Positions 49,648-63,546 of a DNA stretch of 64,000 nucleotides are shown here, piece by piece (position 1 is the first letter of the stretch; each line of letters starts with the position of its first letter). Made by a program: the position numbers and the translations under genes. The DNA comes from Harriotta raleighana (taxonomy: Eukaryota). The notes below the pieces were generated by a model. That model saw only the letters and a program-made list of their open reading frames with translations. It was not told where the DNA came from and did not search any database. Location: NCBI GenBank assembly GCA_050575255.1, contig JBNZDD010013642.1:2433959-2497958 (forward strand), read 5' to 3'.

Positions 49648-50606
49648 TCATTATCAGGAACAGACAATAGAACTGATACCTTAAATGTTCTTTTCTAATG
49701 AAATTCATAGGTGCAGAGTTTGAGAATATCTCAGGAAAATTACTTTTAAATTGTCAATATTGATCAAGAATCAATAAGATTGTATCTTTTGAATGCATGG
49801 TATCTGGTAGGTTAGTCTAATGGCCAGTGATTAGGAAAGTTTATGATCCACTTGCAAGCAAAACAATCAAAGTAAAGCTTAATTTTTCAGCTGATAGTTT
49901 CATTTCATCGGTTATAAATGGAGATGAGAATTTGGGAAAGCAACACCTTTTGGATTTTGCTCCATATCTTCCTGCTAACTATATCACTCCTGCACATTTT
50001 GTTTTTAAACTGCTATTTTGAGAACTCATTGTTTATTAATAGATAGTGTGATACATGTCGCATATTTCTAAAAGGTTCTGAGGTTTTTTTGCGCATGTTT
50101 TGGGTCTGGCTGCAGCAAGAAACAAGACATAAATCATTTGAACCTACAGTTTGAAGTAATGAACTTCTAAAGCTTTTTTTCCTGTGGAATAAAATCTTAT
50201 TAATTACAGCTACTTTACACATGCACACAGGTAATCTAATCTGACATCACCATTTATCTAGAACCACATTAAAAAATACTTCACCAACTTTAACTTCCAT
50301 CATAGCAGAGGATTAAATGAGTTTTGAAGTTTTAGAACTACAAAGCCTTTGATGCATGCTACAAGAGATGAGTGAACCCGTGTCCAAATTAAATTGAACC
50401 AGTGTGATATAGGTGCCTACACAGGCCAAACATTCAGTTTCAGGATTGCTCAGGATTCGTGAAATTTCAATTGAATTAAGGCTGTTGGAGTGATGAAAAT
50501 TTGAAGGAGACATGTATATTTTCAGTTTCTAGAAAATGTCTTGCTTTTTTCTGCTTTTAATCAATATTGTTGCTCCTCAGAATGTTTCCTACTTTGTTGA
50601 TGTAAT

Positions 50607-50930
50607 TAATAATAATAATAATCCTTGCATTTGATATAGCGCTTTTCACATCTTATCGACGTCCCAAAGCGCTTCACAGAATATACTGTAAAGTGAATTG
50701 ACTGTATATTTGTGGGCAGAACGCGGCAGCCAATTGCGCACAGCAGTGTCCCACAAACAGTCATAGATTGAAATGACCAATTTTATTATTGTGGTTTTTT
50801 TGGAGGGATTATTATTAGGCATGTGGAGTAAGGAAACTTGCCCAAGGTTTCGCCCTGATCTGCCTGGATTCGAACACAGGTCTCATGCTTGATAAAGCGA
50901 GTGCTCTAACCACTAAGCCACAGGAGCTCC
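50607..50930 (-). mobile_element. Full-length very young SINE (CpGs intact)
   Basis: Closest copy to the apparent family consensus. Head GGAGCTCCTGTGGCTTAGTGGTTAGAGCACTCGC, B box GTTCGAATCC. Confidence 0.93.
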
Positions 50931-50944
50931 ACGAATTATACTAT

Positions 50945-51893
50945 CATTAGACAATGACGGCAATCTTGTTGTGGAGGCAGAGAGCATGGCTGATGTTCTG
51001 AACGAGTACTTTGCATCTATCTTCACAACGGAAATGGATTGCCAAATGCCGCAGTATTGGATGAGAGGGTAGAGGAAATAGATCAGATTACTATAGACAG
51101 AGAGGAAGTTCTGAAAAGATTAACTGGGCTCAAAATTGACAAGTCACCAGGACCAGATGGGTTTCACCCAAGGTTGCTGTGGGAGATATGGGTTCAAATA
51201 GTGGAGGCTTTGGCCATTATATTTCAATCTTCATTGGACACAAGGGTGGTGTCAAGAGACTGGAGAGTGGCTAATGTTACCCCTCTCTACAAAAAGGAGC
51301 AGAAAGACAAACCCGGAAATTACAGGCCAGTCAGCCTTACTTCGGTAATAGGAAAACTACTGGAGACCATAATCCGGGACAGAATAAATCTCTACTTAGA
51401 GGAACACAAGATCATTAGAGACAGCCAACATGGATTTGTTAAAGGCAAATCTTACGCAACAAATCTAATAGAATTTTTTGAAGAGGTGACTGCGAGAGTT
51501 GATGAGGGAAATGTGGTGGACGTTATTTACATGGATTTCAAAAAGGCTTTTGACACAGTACCGCATAAGAGATTAATAAAAAATTAGAGGGCCACGGTAT
51601 CAAGGGGACAGTGGCAGTTTGGATTAAGAACTGGCTGAGTGACAGAAAGCAGAGGGTGGTGGTTAATGGGTGTTTCTCGAAATGATCTGCCTGAAAAGGT
51701 AGTGAGGTCCGATTCGATAGCAGCTTTTAAGAGAGAACTGAATAGGTATCTGGGGAAGATAGGCTTGCAGGGTTATGGGGAGAAAGCTGGTGATTGGGAT
51801 TAATGAAAGTGACATTGCTCTGTCAAAGAGCCAGCATAGATTCGATGGGCCGAATGGCCTCCTTCTGTGCCGTAACCTTCTATGATTCTATGA
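50945..51893 (+). mobile_element. CR1 LINE, 5'-truncated with an internal deletion in RT
   Basis: KSPGPDGFHPRLL...PGNYRPVSLTS...QHGFVKGKS...DVIYMDFKKAFDTVPH motifs. Jumps at 51681-51684 to the 3' end. (TTCTATGA)2 tail. Confidence 0.95.
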
Positions 51894-53089
51894 TCTATAT
51901 AGTCTGTGATTATTAACTTAAATCCAAGAACAGAGAACAGAATTATGTAGAACTACATAGGTTCTAGGGCACCAAAATAGGCCATTTGGCCCAACTAATC
52001 TGTGCCAGTGTTTACACTTCATATGAGTCTCCTATTTCCTTCTCTTTCATGTGCACTTCTGTTTCCAGATTCTCTATCTTTCATTCCACTTTTATGCTGT
52101 CCATTTAAGAATAGATAGACTGGGAAGAGGTCATTATGACCTATCTACATACCACACTCTACTATCTTGCCTATCTCTCTATCAAGTGCTCAGTTACCTC
52201 TGCCAAAGAGCCATGTACAGTATATGCTTTCCAAATGTGCTGACATTGATCAGCTCTGCTAAGTTAAATTGACACAAAACTACAGCACATATACAGGTTT
52301 GTAGCATGAATTCGATTTTGAATACTGATCCCAACTGAAGTGATTTCTGAAATCAACTCAATAATTAATTGACTCTGAAATAAATTGAAGCTTAGAAGTT
52401 ATAAATATAAAGTTACAAAAAAACAGCCATTCCCGTTCTCACTTTTGTTTTACACAATTGATTAAAAGAAAAACAGATTTTGTTTGATTCACGGAGAGAA
52501 ATACAAGTTGGGAGGGATGGGGAGGAACCACTTTGTGAAGCTACATATGTCTGTAAATGGTAAATTGTAATGTGACATTTTCACAATGCAAAGAATTTCT
52601 CACCATGTAAAGTAATTAAAAATAATCATTTAACAATTGGAAGTTATCGAAAATGTGAGCATCAGTAGATTGGTTCTTTCGGTTTCAGCCTCGTGTAAAT
52701 CCATACCACATTTTGTTTTAGCTTAGTTCAATTTTAAAGTAGGTTCACTCAGCCCTGAAATCCATGACAGGAGAATGGCAATGTTTGGAATACTCCAATT
52801 ACCACTCAAAACTACAAAGGGCAGCTAACTGATAACATGACACGTTCTATTTTTAGGGTCGATCTTATTTTTTTTAAAAAAAGAACATTTCTTCATTGAT
52901 TTGGTAAAACGACCCAGTCATGTCGTGTCATGTTGGTTTTGAGGAATCGCTTCAACCTCAAATACTGATTATTTGAATTACGTTATTCCTTTTTTTGTTG
53001 CTGTGTAAGAAAAGAGTCTTATTTTACTGCACGTAGAACAATCGCAAATTAAAACTAGATAATGTTATTGTTTTAAGAGCAGTGATACC

Positions 53090-53396
53090 TGCTTGTGTAG
53101 ATCAGTGCTTAGAACATTCACCTTGCAAGCGAGACCTGGGTTCAATTCCAGGCAGGGCGAAACCTTTGGCAAGTTTCCTTACTGCACTCGCCTAATAATA
53201 ATCTCTCAACCAAAAAAATTATAAATTGATCATTTCAATCCACGACTGTTTGTGGGACATTGCTAGGTGCAATTGGCCGCCGTATTTTGTCCACAGATAC
53301 ACAGTCAGTTCACTTAACAATATATTCTGTGAAGTGCTTTGAGACATGTAGAAGATGTGAAAAGCTTGATTATATCAAATACAAGGATTATTGTTA
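53090..53396 (+). mobile_element. SINE, near full length
   Basis: GGTTCAATTCC B box, core and tail. Confidence 0.88.
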
Positions 53397-54347
53397 TTTT
53401 TATTAGACTGATTTCTAATTAGATCGATTTCCTTCTTGCTGTTGATGATTTGAACACTTGTGAATACCTTGCCACTATTAGAATTCTCCACAGAAATTTC
53501 CTCCCTTTACTGGGTTCTAAACATCTTAATGGTTTCAATACAAAGGATAAATAGTTCACCCTCCCCGTTCCCTCCACACACACGCACTCAAATTGATAAA
53601 CCTTCAATTCAGTGAGTCATTTATTTCCTTTTATGGAGGTGCATTGTATTGGGTTTGCACTCATTCCTCGAGCTGTCAACATGACATAGATTCAATTTTC
53701 AATAACAGTTCAACATTTACATGCAACTTAGTGGTCTAACCTTTTGGGTGCCGAGTGTTGGGTGCTCTATTTGAGAAATGTCCATTAGCCACACAAACAA
53801 TATTTTTGTATTTCCCATCCCTTCCAGAAACATAACATTGAATTTTACATTGAAAAAGTCTGAGGTTCTGTCCCAAAGTTGAGTCCATGCACTCCATTGA
53901 GAGAATTTTGCATTGTATCTATGTTGTGCAATACCTAATCTTCAAGTCATTAGCATTCTACTTCCCAATATCACCTCACCTTACTGACCACATGCAGAAA
54001 TATGTTTTGACCATAATATTTGCATAGTTTTGCCTGAAAAACTTGTATTACTTTTCATATTCATTGTGAAAGTTCAGCTGATCTCTTGCTCTGAATTTTC
54101 TATCTAATTTTTAATTTAGCTGTGCAGTTAAGTTTAATTGACTTACCCTTTCCATCATTAAAATATTCACAAATTAAACCAGTTCTAATAAGCTTTCAAT
54201 TTACTCTGGATTACATAAGGTGTAAATTAGATTTTTTTCTGCAAACTTTTTGGGGACAGGGCCATAATTACTTGTTTGGAAAATTGTTTGCAGTTTGCAT
54301 AAAATTGTTGCTGATTTAATTTACTGGCTCGATTCTCTTGTACTTAG

Positions 54348-54510
54348 GTTGATGCTCGAACCCTGGAATCTGCACCACTGGGAAGCATTTTACTCAACGT
54401 GGCTCCTGAAGGGTCTCGTTCAGTCAGAGTAAAATGGACAGCCTCAAGTAGACCAAATGGGCTTCTGATGTACTCAATTATTTTCACAGGACTCTTTTAT
54501 GTAGAACAAG
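54348..54510 (+). CDS. USH2A: Usherin exon (exon-37 equivalent)
   Basis: TTCTCTTGTACTTAG acceptor, G|GTAAGA donor, 163 nt, phase 0-1. Encodes VDARTLESAPLGSILLNVAPEGSRSVRVKWTASSRPNGLLMYSIIFTGLFYVEQ. Confidence 0.95.
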
Positions 54511-54944
54511 GTAAGATCTTTACGAGCAGGATTTCCTTTCCTGGCATTTTCATAATTGTTAATGTCAAAGATACAAACTTAGCCCTCTTCCAAACTAAAA
54601 TTCTTAGGTTTGTAACCCCAGGCAATTTTTAAGTGTGATACAATTTTAAGGTCTTACTTCCATCAGTAGAGCCTATGTTCATCTTTTTCAGTGAGGTAAG
54701 GCAAATGATTTGCCTTCTTTCCCACAGCTTTTTTAAGATCTAAAAAGTTCTGCATTCAAATTTGGCATGGCCATTTCCTTCCTCAAAGAAAATAAAGTAT
54801 AGCTAAAGTAAGATAATGTAAGAAATAAAACAACAGAGACTTGTCCATTTGGGATATATTGCAATAAGAATAATGTTAATCTTTGCAATTGATATAACAC
54901 CTTATCATGTCATTGAAATGCCTCATGGTGCTTCACAGTATATA

Positions 54945-55329
54945 TAGTAAAACTCCGTTTATCTGGCATCCTCGGGGGATTGACTAATTGACTGTGCCGG
55001 ATATACAGGCAGCAAGTTAATGAAAACCCAACATAAAAAATCAACTTATTTTAAAACATATCATGTTAATAATAGACTAAATAATAACAGAATATTGTAT
55101 GGATACTTACCAATAAAGCATTCCAGCACACTCAGTAAAAAGATCGGTAAAAAAGTATTTTTGTACCGATCGGTAAAAACCCAAGTTTGTAAGTTTAATA
55201 AGTGTGCATGCGCACGCATTACACGCGTGCGTAAAGTGAGCAAACTTGCGATTCCTGCAATGGGAAATTGCCCTGGGAGGGGGTCGAGCAAACCGGTTGA
55301 TCGGGTCACGGATAAATGGGGTTTTACTG
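54945..55329. mobile_element. CAGTAAAA-TIR MITE inserted into an old minus-strand SINE (~54875-55420)
   Basis: TA|TAGTAAAACTCCGTTTATC ... GATAAATGGGGTTTTACTG|CA, with the internal TTAATAATAGACTAAATAATAACAGAATAT module. Confidence 0.82.
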
Positions 55330-56302
55330 CATTGTGTAGTATAGTGACTATGTATTTTGTAGGCAATTGCAACAGCTAATTGGCACACAACAGTGATCAA
55401 TTTTATTTTAGGGGATTGTTGCACAGGACAGAATATAATTAAATGAAACAAATTTAATGCACACTAATCAAATTTTGGCCATGTACCATTCTTGGATTTT
55501 TTATATATATATATATGGATAATATACATATTTACTTTATACAGAGATCCTGTTATGGTCCCCAAAGAATTGTGTCTGCAATGTCTTTTCTCACTGAAAA
55601 CATTAGTGGTTTTACTAATGTTTATATGACTGCAAGCACTGAAGACTTAATGTGCAACCATTAACAAACGTGCTGTATGAATTAAATGTTATAATTAAAA
55701 TGTTATAATTAACTATTAATTATATTATGATATGAATAAATAATAAGCAAATAACTGAATTTGAATTTACAGATATCTTTATTTTGCCCAAATGAAACAT
55801 TCATTCTTAAGTGTTTCATTCAAGAGTGAAGGTATTTCAGCGCAAAATGTAAATGACATCAATGGAACTATAATATTGAATTACAAATTTACCAGAAAGC
55901 CTTGTCCTTGTATCTTTAGAGATTTATTATCTAATCTTATTGTCAAATACACTAGTTTTTGGTGTTGAACTTTTCAATGATTGAAATTTCAAACTACTGT
56001 ACTATGTATAGCAAGATAGTAATGCAACATCGTAAGAGTCCAGAGTAGTACAGTTCATTTTATCTGCTCAATTCCAGTTGGCAGTGAACATCAGCATGAA
56101 GCATACATGTACGTGATTTTTTAATGAGTTTGTGCGTGTAAATGCAATGTGTATGTGTGTTGGCTTGATTTCAGCATTCAAACATGGATGAAATCCATGG
56201 CTTGAAGCTGATAAATAGTAACCACACACACACAACTGATCCATTCCTAATGATTGATCTGTTTGATCAGTTTTAAAGGTGAAAATATTTGTTAATTAAC
56301 TG

Positions 56303-56607
56303 CAGCTCCTGGTTAGAGCACTCGCCTTGCAAGTGTGAGTGAGACCTGTGTTCGAATCCAGGCAGATCAGGGCGAAACCTTGGGCAAGTTTCTTTACTCC
56401 GCGTCTAATAATAATCCCTCCAAATAAAACCACAATAATAAAATTGGTCATTTCAATCCACGACTGTTTGTGGGACACTGCTGTGGCGCAATTGGCTGCC
56501 GCGATTCGCTCACAAATATAGTCAATTCACTTCACATTATATTCTGTGAAGAGCTTTGAGACATTGATAGGATGTGAAAAGCGCTATATCAAATGCAAGG
56601 ATTATTT
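56303..56607 (+). mobile_element. Young SINE
   Basis: GGTTAGAGCACTCGCCTTGCAAG...GTTCGAATCCAGGCAGATCAGG, core and tail. Confidence 0.9.
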
Positions 56608-57916
56608 ATATATTATTATAGCTACAGAATTGCTATTCAGTGCCAGGTATTTCAAGGGAGAAACTTGCAAAATTGCAAATAGATGCAAAAATGCAGATGT
56701 AACATTTCCTCCCCTTGCAATGAAAGTAGACGTCTACCAGACATCCTCCATTAGCCAGCAAAGCAGACAGAGTTGAGGAAGGCTGTGCATTGAGCTACAG
56801 CTAGCACCGATCTTGCTGTCTGACCAGCCGATAAGATGAGTACACGTAATCACATTTCCCCTACCCCATTGAGATAATATATAAGACTAGAGGGCAGGAA
56901 TACACTGTAGACCCTCAGCTCAGCTCAGCTGAAGTCACAAAAGTCATGCCTTGATAATTGAGTCTGCTGGATAGAGCCATTAGTAACATTATCCCAGAGT
57001 CTAAACATTATAAATTAAAGTTCCAGTTGAAAGACAAAATGTGTTAGATATTGGCCTGATGGAGGTTGGGTAGTATAGTTTTCAATTTAATTTATTAGAC
57101 CAGCTTTGTTACTCTTGGTATTTTATATCTCTAATCTGTCTTGTTCTTCCCTTTACCAGGACACCGAGAAATTGTAGAAATAAATGTGAGGGTTTATTCT
57201 TTATTTATTTCACTCCATGAATGAAGGGTTTGCTTTTTCTCGCTGTTTTATATTTTGAGCACCTATCCTGTTAAGTGAAGCTATTCTGGAGGTGACAAGG
57301 AGATTGGCACTTTTAATGCAATGAAAATATGGTGATGTCCAAATAATGATCCTCCTCTCAGTTTTGTTCACTGATCCAATTGTATAGATTTCAGACACCA
57401 ATAACACTGACTAATTGCATAGCAATATCCTTTCATTATCTTTATACCAGCCACCCATCATGTGCACAATGAAGTACTTGAGCAATCCATCTATCAGGCA
57501 GCTGAGAATTGGGAAAATTCAATCCCAAAGCAGTTTTAGCTAAAGTGGTACAGTATAACAGGCAGCTTTAAGATTCAAACCCATAACTATCAGCTTCTAA
57601 GGCAGATGCTCGACCACCTGTGCTACTAAGATAATGAATTGATTTGTGGCAGTCTCCATCAATGGGTCTAAAATTTCATCGAGTCTGAGCCTGAAGACAG
57701 TTTTGCCTTAAAGATTCAAGACAATGAAGAATTGTGGAAAAATTTTAAATTCAATTTTAATTCTGAAGCTGTTTTCTGTGGGTTCTTAAGCATAGTATAA
57801 ATCACCTTTCAAGTTTTGACTAAATTTGTAATGTTCCACTACTCTGTGGAAGGCAAAGGCCAGGTGAAATTTAAGGGCCAGTGGGTCCTGCCCTATCTAT
57901 AGAACTGCTTCTATAT

Positions 57917-58219
57917 AATAATAATCCTTGCATTTGATGTATCGCTTTTCACATCTTCTAGACGTCTCAAAGCGCTTCACAGAATATGCTGTGAAATGAA
58001 TTGACCGTATATTTGTGGGCGAAATGCGGCAGCCAATTACATATAGCAGTGTCTTACAAACAGGCGTGGATTGAAATGACTAATTAAAAAAAAATTCAAG
58101 GGATTATTATCATGCATATGGAGTAAGGAAATTTGCTCAAGGTTTCACCCTGCCTGAAATTGAACCCAGGTCTCTTGCTTGCAAGGCAAGTGCTGTAACC
58201 ACTGAGCTAGAGGACTCCA
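57917..58219 (-). mobile_element. Full-length SINE
   Basis: Reverse complement of head, core and tail. Confidence 0.92.
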
Positions 58220-61071
58220 CAAATACAGTTGGCAATGGTAACCTACTACAGTTTCAAGAACTGTCTATCTTTTTGTTACTTCAGTTGGTTTTGACTCTTT
58301 TCATTCCCTCTCCTAAAGAGAAGTAGAATATTTTTAAAGAAAGTTTTACATTGTCGTTCATAACAGCAGTGAATGTATTGTCTATTCACTTTGTAAATGC
58401 AACATGACCGTATGCCTGTTTTTCAAAATGCCATGACTGTACATGCCATCCTCCACACTCTCTCATACTGAACTATTTTTATGATACTCGTGATACTTTG
58501 CAGTTTAAAATTCATACTCTTTGCTGATTTGGGAGAGAGGAAGGCGAGGAGTATATTGGCAAGAAAAGAAAACCGATGATAATAAGATCATCTTGATTTC
58601 TATACCATCTTTGAAAGAAGGTTTACTTTCTAGGAAACACATTTACGAGGATCAGTGAAACCTTTCTTATTTTGCTGCTTGCCCTGTTATGTTTTGTTTG
58701 AGATATTTCTGCTACCATCATTATTCCAATTAGCTCAAGCTCATCCTGAAAAGGAAATCCCATTTTCCTCTATTGATTTCATTTGTAAGACTTGGTGAGG
58801 GATAACTGTTCTTGTGTTATTTTAGTACCAGACAAAAATGATCATGTGAGCATAATAGTTTTTTCACAGTGAAACACTGTTGTGAAAAATGTAGTTGTAG
58901 GGATCAGCAATAGTAAACATCAGAAACATCCATGTGTCAATGACCTGATTACTGTATAGTAATTTCTATTATCAGTCTAGCTGAGTACAGTAGTAGCTGG
59001 AGAGGAACACATTTTCAACAACTGATGTCTCATAATTTTCTCAGAATTCATGGAGTTTGGATTGTCCTTTATCATGCACTGAGCCACAACCCAGCTGTCT
59101 AACCAATCGGTTAGACTCATGAAACAGATTAAACACGAGAGGTGTACATGATGAAGCGGGATCCGTTAGCAAAGTTGGAGAAAGGAAAAAGATTTTAGAA
59201 ATGATTCTTGACCACTCACTGAATGTTTCCTGTCAAAGTCAAGCAGCCGGCGCTCATTACGTGACGACTGCTTTAAAAAGAGCAATCTTTTCATTCCATT
59301 GTGATCTAGGAGAAAAATGTTCACTAATTCTTCCAGTCGACATATGATAGACCTAGCTACAAACATAGCTCGAAAATGATTGGGATGTATCTCAAGGGCA
59401 TTTGATTAAAAATTGAATAAATATTATCCTAACGTGATGGAATTTTGTAAAAGCCATATTTGAAATATTATATACAGATTTCAGCACTCTGCCCTCTCAT
59501 TTTTTTTCAAAACCAAAATTGCTAGAGAAACGACTGATTTCCAGAAAGTAATTAGTGATCTGTATTGTAAAATTATATTTAAGCATATGGCACCTCCTGA
59601 GTCAGGCAGGTATGGTCCTCGCAATTTTGTTTCAGTATTGGTGCTTATCAATAGGGTGACAAATAATCTATGGCATGTTCAAGGTAAAAACACATCAAGA
59701 GTCTGAGGTGAGATCACAAACCTTGGCCACTGAGCCGCAAAAAGGATGAAGAGGCAATGTAATTTCCCACCCCCTCATAGATGTGTGTGAATGCAACAAC
59801 AACAAAATTACATTTATAGAGTGGAGGATGTCCCAAGGCACTGGGAATGCAAGCACTGCATTGCAGCTTACTATATCAACACTTTGCATGTAAACTTCTT
59901 ATTGTTAAAAATAGAAAATATTTAGTCATCCTCAGAAACTCAGAACAAATTATGTATCTAAAATTCATCAGAAGGGATTCCACAGGCAGTATTTCACAAC
60001 CTCTCCCTTTGCCCCTTCTGAATATTATTATGGAGCAGCTTGCAGATTATTTGCACTGTTAATCAGGAAAACGATGTGGCATGGGAAAGTTCTGAAAATA
60101 AAGCTTTTACTCTGATTTTAGGTGTGTCGAGTGAAAGGTAATAAAGCAAAATTATTTGCTAATACATATGTTGAACAGTTTATGGGCAGATTCAACTTTT
60201 CTATTCAGGGCAGTAAATTAATATATCTTTCTAAAAGTGTTTTTTTTAATTTAAACTAACTATATACTGAATGGTATAAACATAACATACTGGGCAAGAA
60301 GAAAATGTTTTACATTTAACATAACTTATTTATTTGTGTATCAATGAAAGCAATAGAAATGCAAGCAAATACATGCTCCCCAACCCTACACCCAACCCCA
60401 TTTTATATCCACCAAAAATACGACAGATTTCACTCAAGTCACTTATTTGCATTGAGTGTGCAAATTGGCCTGGAACAGTGTGAACTAAAGGTATTGGGAG
60501 CTCTATCAATATTGCTCACTGACTAACCTCAGCAACACTAGCTTCTAAAGGGAAATTCCCATTGTTGCAAGCCTGTTAGCTTGTGATCTGCTAAACTTTT
60601 CTGTACCCACGTGATGTTTCAGTTCCCTCATTTTTCACTTCAGAAGCTCTGTGACTGATATTTCCTGATAAATTATGCAGTGGATAAATTAGCTGTAAAT
60701 TTGTGCCCACATGGGTGTACGTGGGACTTGTTAGGACCTCAAGTTCATATCTGTTCAACTTAACATTCATCAGATAGTGATTTCCGATCCAACTTTCTGA
60801 ACCACACCTAAACCCAAATAGTAATCTAACTATTCACACTGCTCACTTTAAGACTACATTAAAGTTATTTCACACTGCATCAAGTGCCCCATTGCATGAA
60901 TTCGAAGACCAGACAAAATGAAATAAATTAAAATGGAGGTAAGAATGAAAGAAAATGGAAAAAGAGACAGAAAAAGAAAAAGAAGAAAGGGAAACAATAA
61001 CAACAATTGCATTCACATTGCACCTTTCACGTCAGATGTCTCAAGGCAGTGGACAGTCAAGAGTGTGGTTA

Positions 61072-61428
61072 ATAATAAGAATCCTTGTATGCAGTGTCTT
61101 TTCACACCTTCGAGACATCTCAAAGTACTTCACAGAATAAACTATACAGTGAATTAACTGTATATTTGGTGGGCGAAACACAGCAGCAATTGTGCACAGC
61201 AGTGTCCCTTAAACACTAATGGATTGAAGTGACCTATTTATTTTTTAAGGAATTATTACTCGGGAAAAGCAATCTGCCAATCAAAAACCATGTTCCTACT
61301 TTCTGCTAGGTAAACAGTAGCATGTGAAATAAGGAATGTTGCTCACCCAATGTTTTGCCCTGCTGGGATCTAGCTCATTTCTCTCATTTGCGAAGCGAGG
61401 GCTTTGACCACTAGGCTAGAAGACTTCA
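61072..61428 (-). mobile_element. Older long-linker SINE variant
   Basis: Same extra linker as the 3376-3692 copy. Confidence 0.8.
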
Positions 61429-61659
61429 CGGTTGGATTTAAGAGGGATGGAGGCAAGGGGGAATGGAGCTGGGAAGATGACCGAAAGCACAGGACTTGAG
61501 AAAGAAAGAGGAAATGAAAGGAAGAGAAAAAGAGGGTGAAAAAGAATCCGGTACACTTCTACTTAAGCTCTTTGTGAAAACTTCCTTAAATCAATCCAAA
61601 CTGTTGACTTCTGACTTCAGATGGCTTGAGGTACAACAACAAACATGCAAGTCCATTTG

Positions 61660-61748
61660 CACACATTACTGTAACCACATGCTACTGTAACCACACACTA
61701 CTATCACCACATGCTATTGTAACCATACACTACTGTAACCACACACTG
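61660..61748. repeat. 16-bp minisatellite, ~5.5 copies (CACA(C/T)(A/G)CTACTGTAAC)
   Basis: CACACATTACTGTAAC CACATGCTACTGTAAC CACACACTACTATCAC CACATGCTATTGTAAC CATACACTACTGTAAC. Confidence 0.88.
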
Positions 61749-62394
61749 CATTGGAATGCACTGCTCCACCCAACAAAACACCAGACTTTGGTAGGATCAA
61801 GGTTACTTATTTCACATTATAGATTGGCTTTGATTGAAAGGTAAACGTTTTTTTTTAAATGAACAGATTCTGCTGCAAACACAAAAGCTTAGAGCATGAG
61901 CAAGGTGTCCCTTTAAAGGGTTAAGTGTCCCATTTTGATATCTATAGAAAGAGGCAGTCCGTGCACATTAGATTCTAATCTAGATTTGCTGGCAGACTGA
62001 ACTGACCCTTTACAAAGGCTGGCATGTCCCTTTTACTTGTAGTATATGCTTTGAAGTATTCTTCCGTGATGCACTTGTAAGATTATGAGGTGTGAGAGTG
62101 ATGATCGATTTAAAAAGTAGTAACATTTCGGTCAAGCCCATGACAGAACAGCAGATTCAGCCCAGGTTACAAGGTGAATAATGCAACAGCCATGTACCCT
62201 TGTGTTTAATCTTGCATTGTTTTTGCACAGCAAATTTCTGCTTGCCTGTAATTCATGTCATCTCCAGTTGTCAGAATGTCACTCAAATCATCAAAACAGT
62301 ATTAAATGTTGTAAGCTGAGCAGTGAGAGAACTTTCAGAAGTCAGAACCCATTTACGGAGCAGTGCTTGTAGAAAATGGATTCTGTTCTCCGCA

Positions 62395-62654
62395 NNNNNN
62401 NNNNNNNNNNNNNNNNNNNNNNNNNNNNNNNNNNNNNNNNNNNNNNNNNNNNNNNNNNNNNNNNNNNNNNNNNNNNNNNNNNNNNNNNNNNNNNNNNNNN
62501 NNNNNNNNNNNNNNNNNNNNNNNNNNNNNNNNNNNNNNNNNNNNNNNNNNNNNNNNNNNNNNNNNNNNNNNNNNNNNNNNNNNNNNNNNNNNNNNNNNNN
62601 NNNNNNNNNNNNNNNNNNNNNNNNNNNNNNNNNNNNNNNNNNNNNNNNNNNNNN
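62395..62654. other. Assembly gap (260 N)
   Basis: Run of N. Confidence 0.99.
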
Positions 62655-63546
62655 TGTAGAGCTTGAGGAAAAAAGTGACTTTTTTAGCATTATATATTCC
62701 TCAGCATGAGTAAACGTTCATTTATCTTATAGAGAAAATAAGGAAAGCATTGGCCACACATTTAGTTTTTCATTTAAAACTTAAATGCCTTTGTTTATCT
62801 CTTACCATCCATAAAATAATATCCAGCAGTGACTTTTTCCCGTCTTATTTATTCGCTGTATGAAGTCAAAGTACGTCTGGAATACATTATCCAAACGTTG
62901 TCATTAATTATTTCTGATTCAGACCTTTTTATTTTTACATGAGCCCCCAGTGCACTCACTGAACGACCATTAATGAATTTGGCCCATTTTTACCCTGAGT
63001 GATTCCATACAACACTTTGCATCCCATCATTTGAAACAGCACACACAACTCCAGCAATGAAAGCTCCCGAAATACATTCACATGTCAAATAACTTATTCC
63101 AATAGATTTACAGGATCATTTGTGCTGAAACGTATTTTACAGGGAGATAACATTTGACAACATAGACTGTGTTTTCTTTTGCCTAGCCTGTTTCTGCGTT
63201 CAGGGGCAAATAAATAAAACAGTCTCAATGCTGTCGATGAATGGGTTAAACTATTCTGTTAAACTGCATTGAAAACAATTTATTGCATTCATATAAATCA
63301 GCTTTATTACATGCCTTGATTATTCCCGAGGTCAGCTTCCCCACCCCGTCAAAATCAATAGGAGTGCAAGTGGCTCAATCAGTCCATTTTTTTTATTGTG
63401 GATTCAAGATCAGATCTTTAACCATTTCATGGCATTTAAGTATTTCCCATCACCCAGCAAATTCATACCCTCTGGGATCCCCAAGCATTGACTTTTGCCA
63501 ATCTGTGCCTAATACTCTCAGAATTAGGCACAGGTTGGCCTAATGG

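Noticed and set aside
61660-61748. Regularly spaced repeats considered as a CRISPR-like array
   Set aside because: Contiguous 16-bp units with no unique spacers in a vertebrate intron: an ordinary minisatellite.
62283-62709. ORFs spanning the poly-X region
   Set aside because: Artefact of the 260-N gap.
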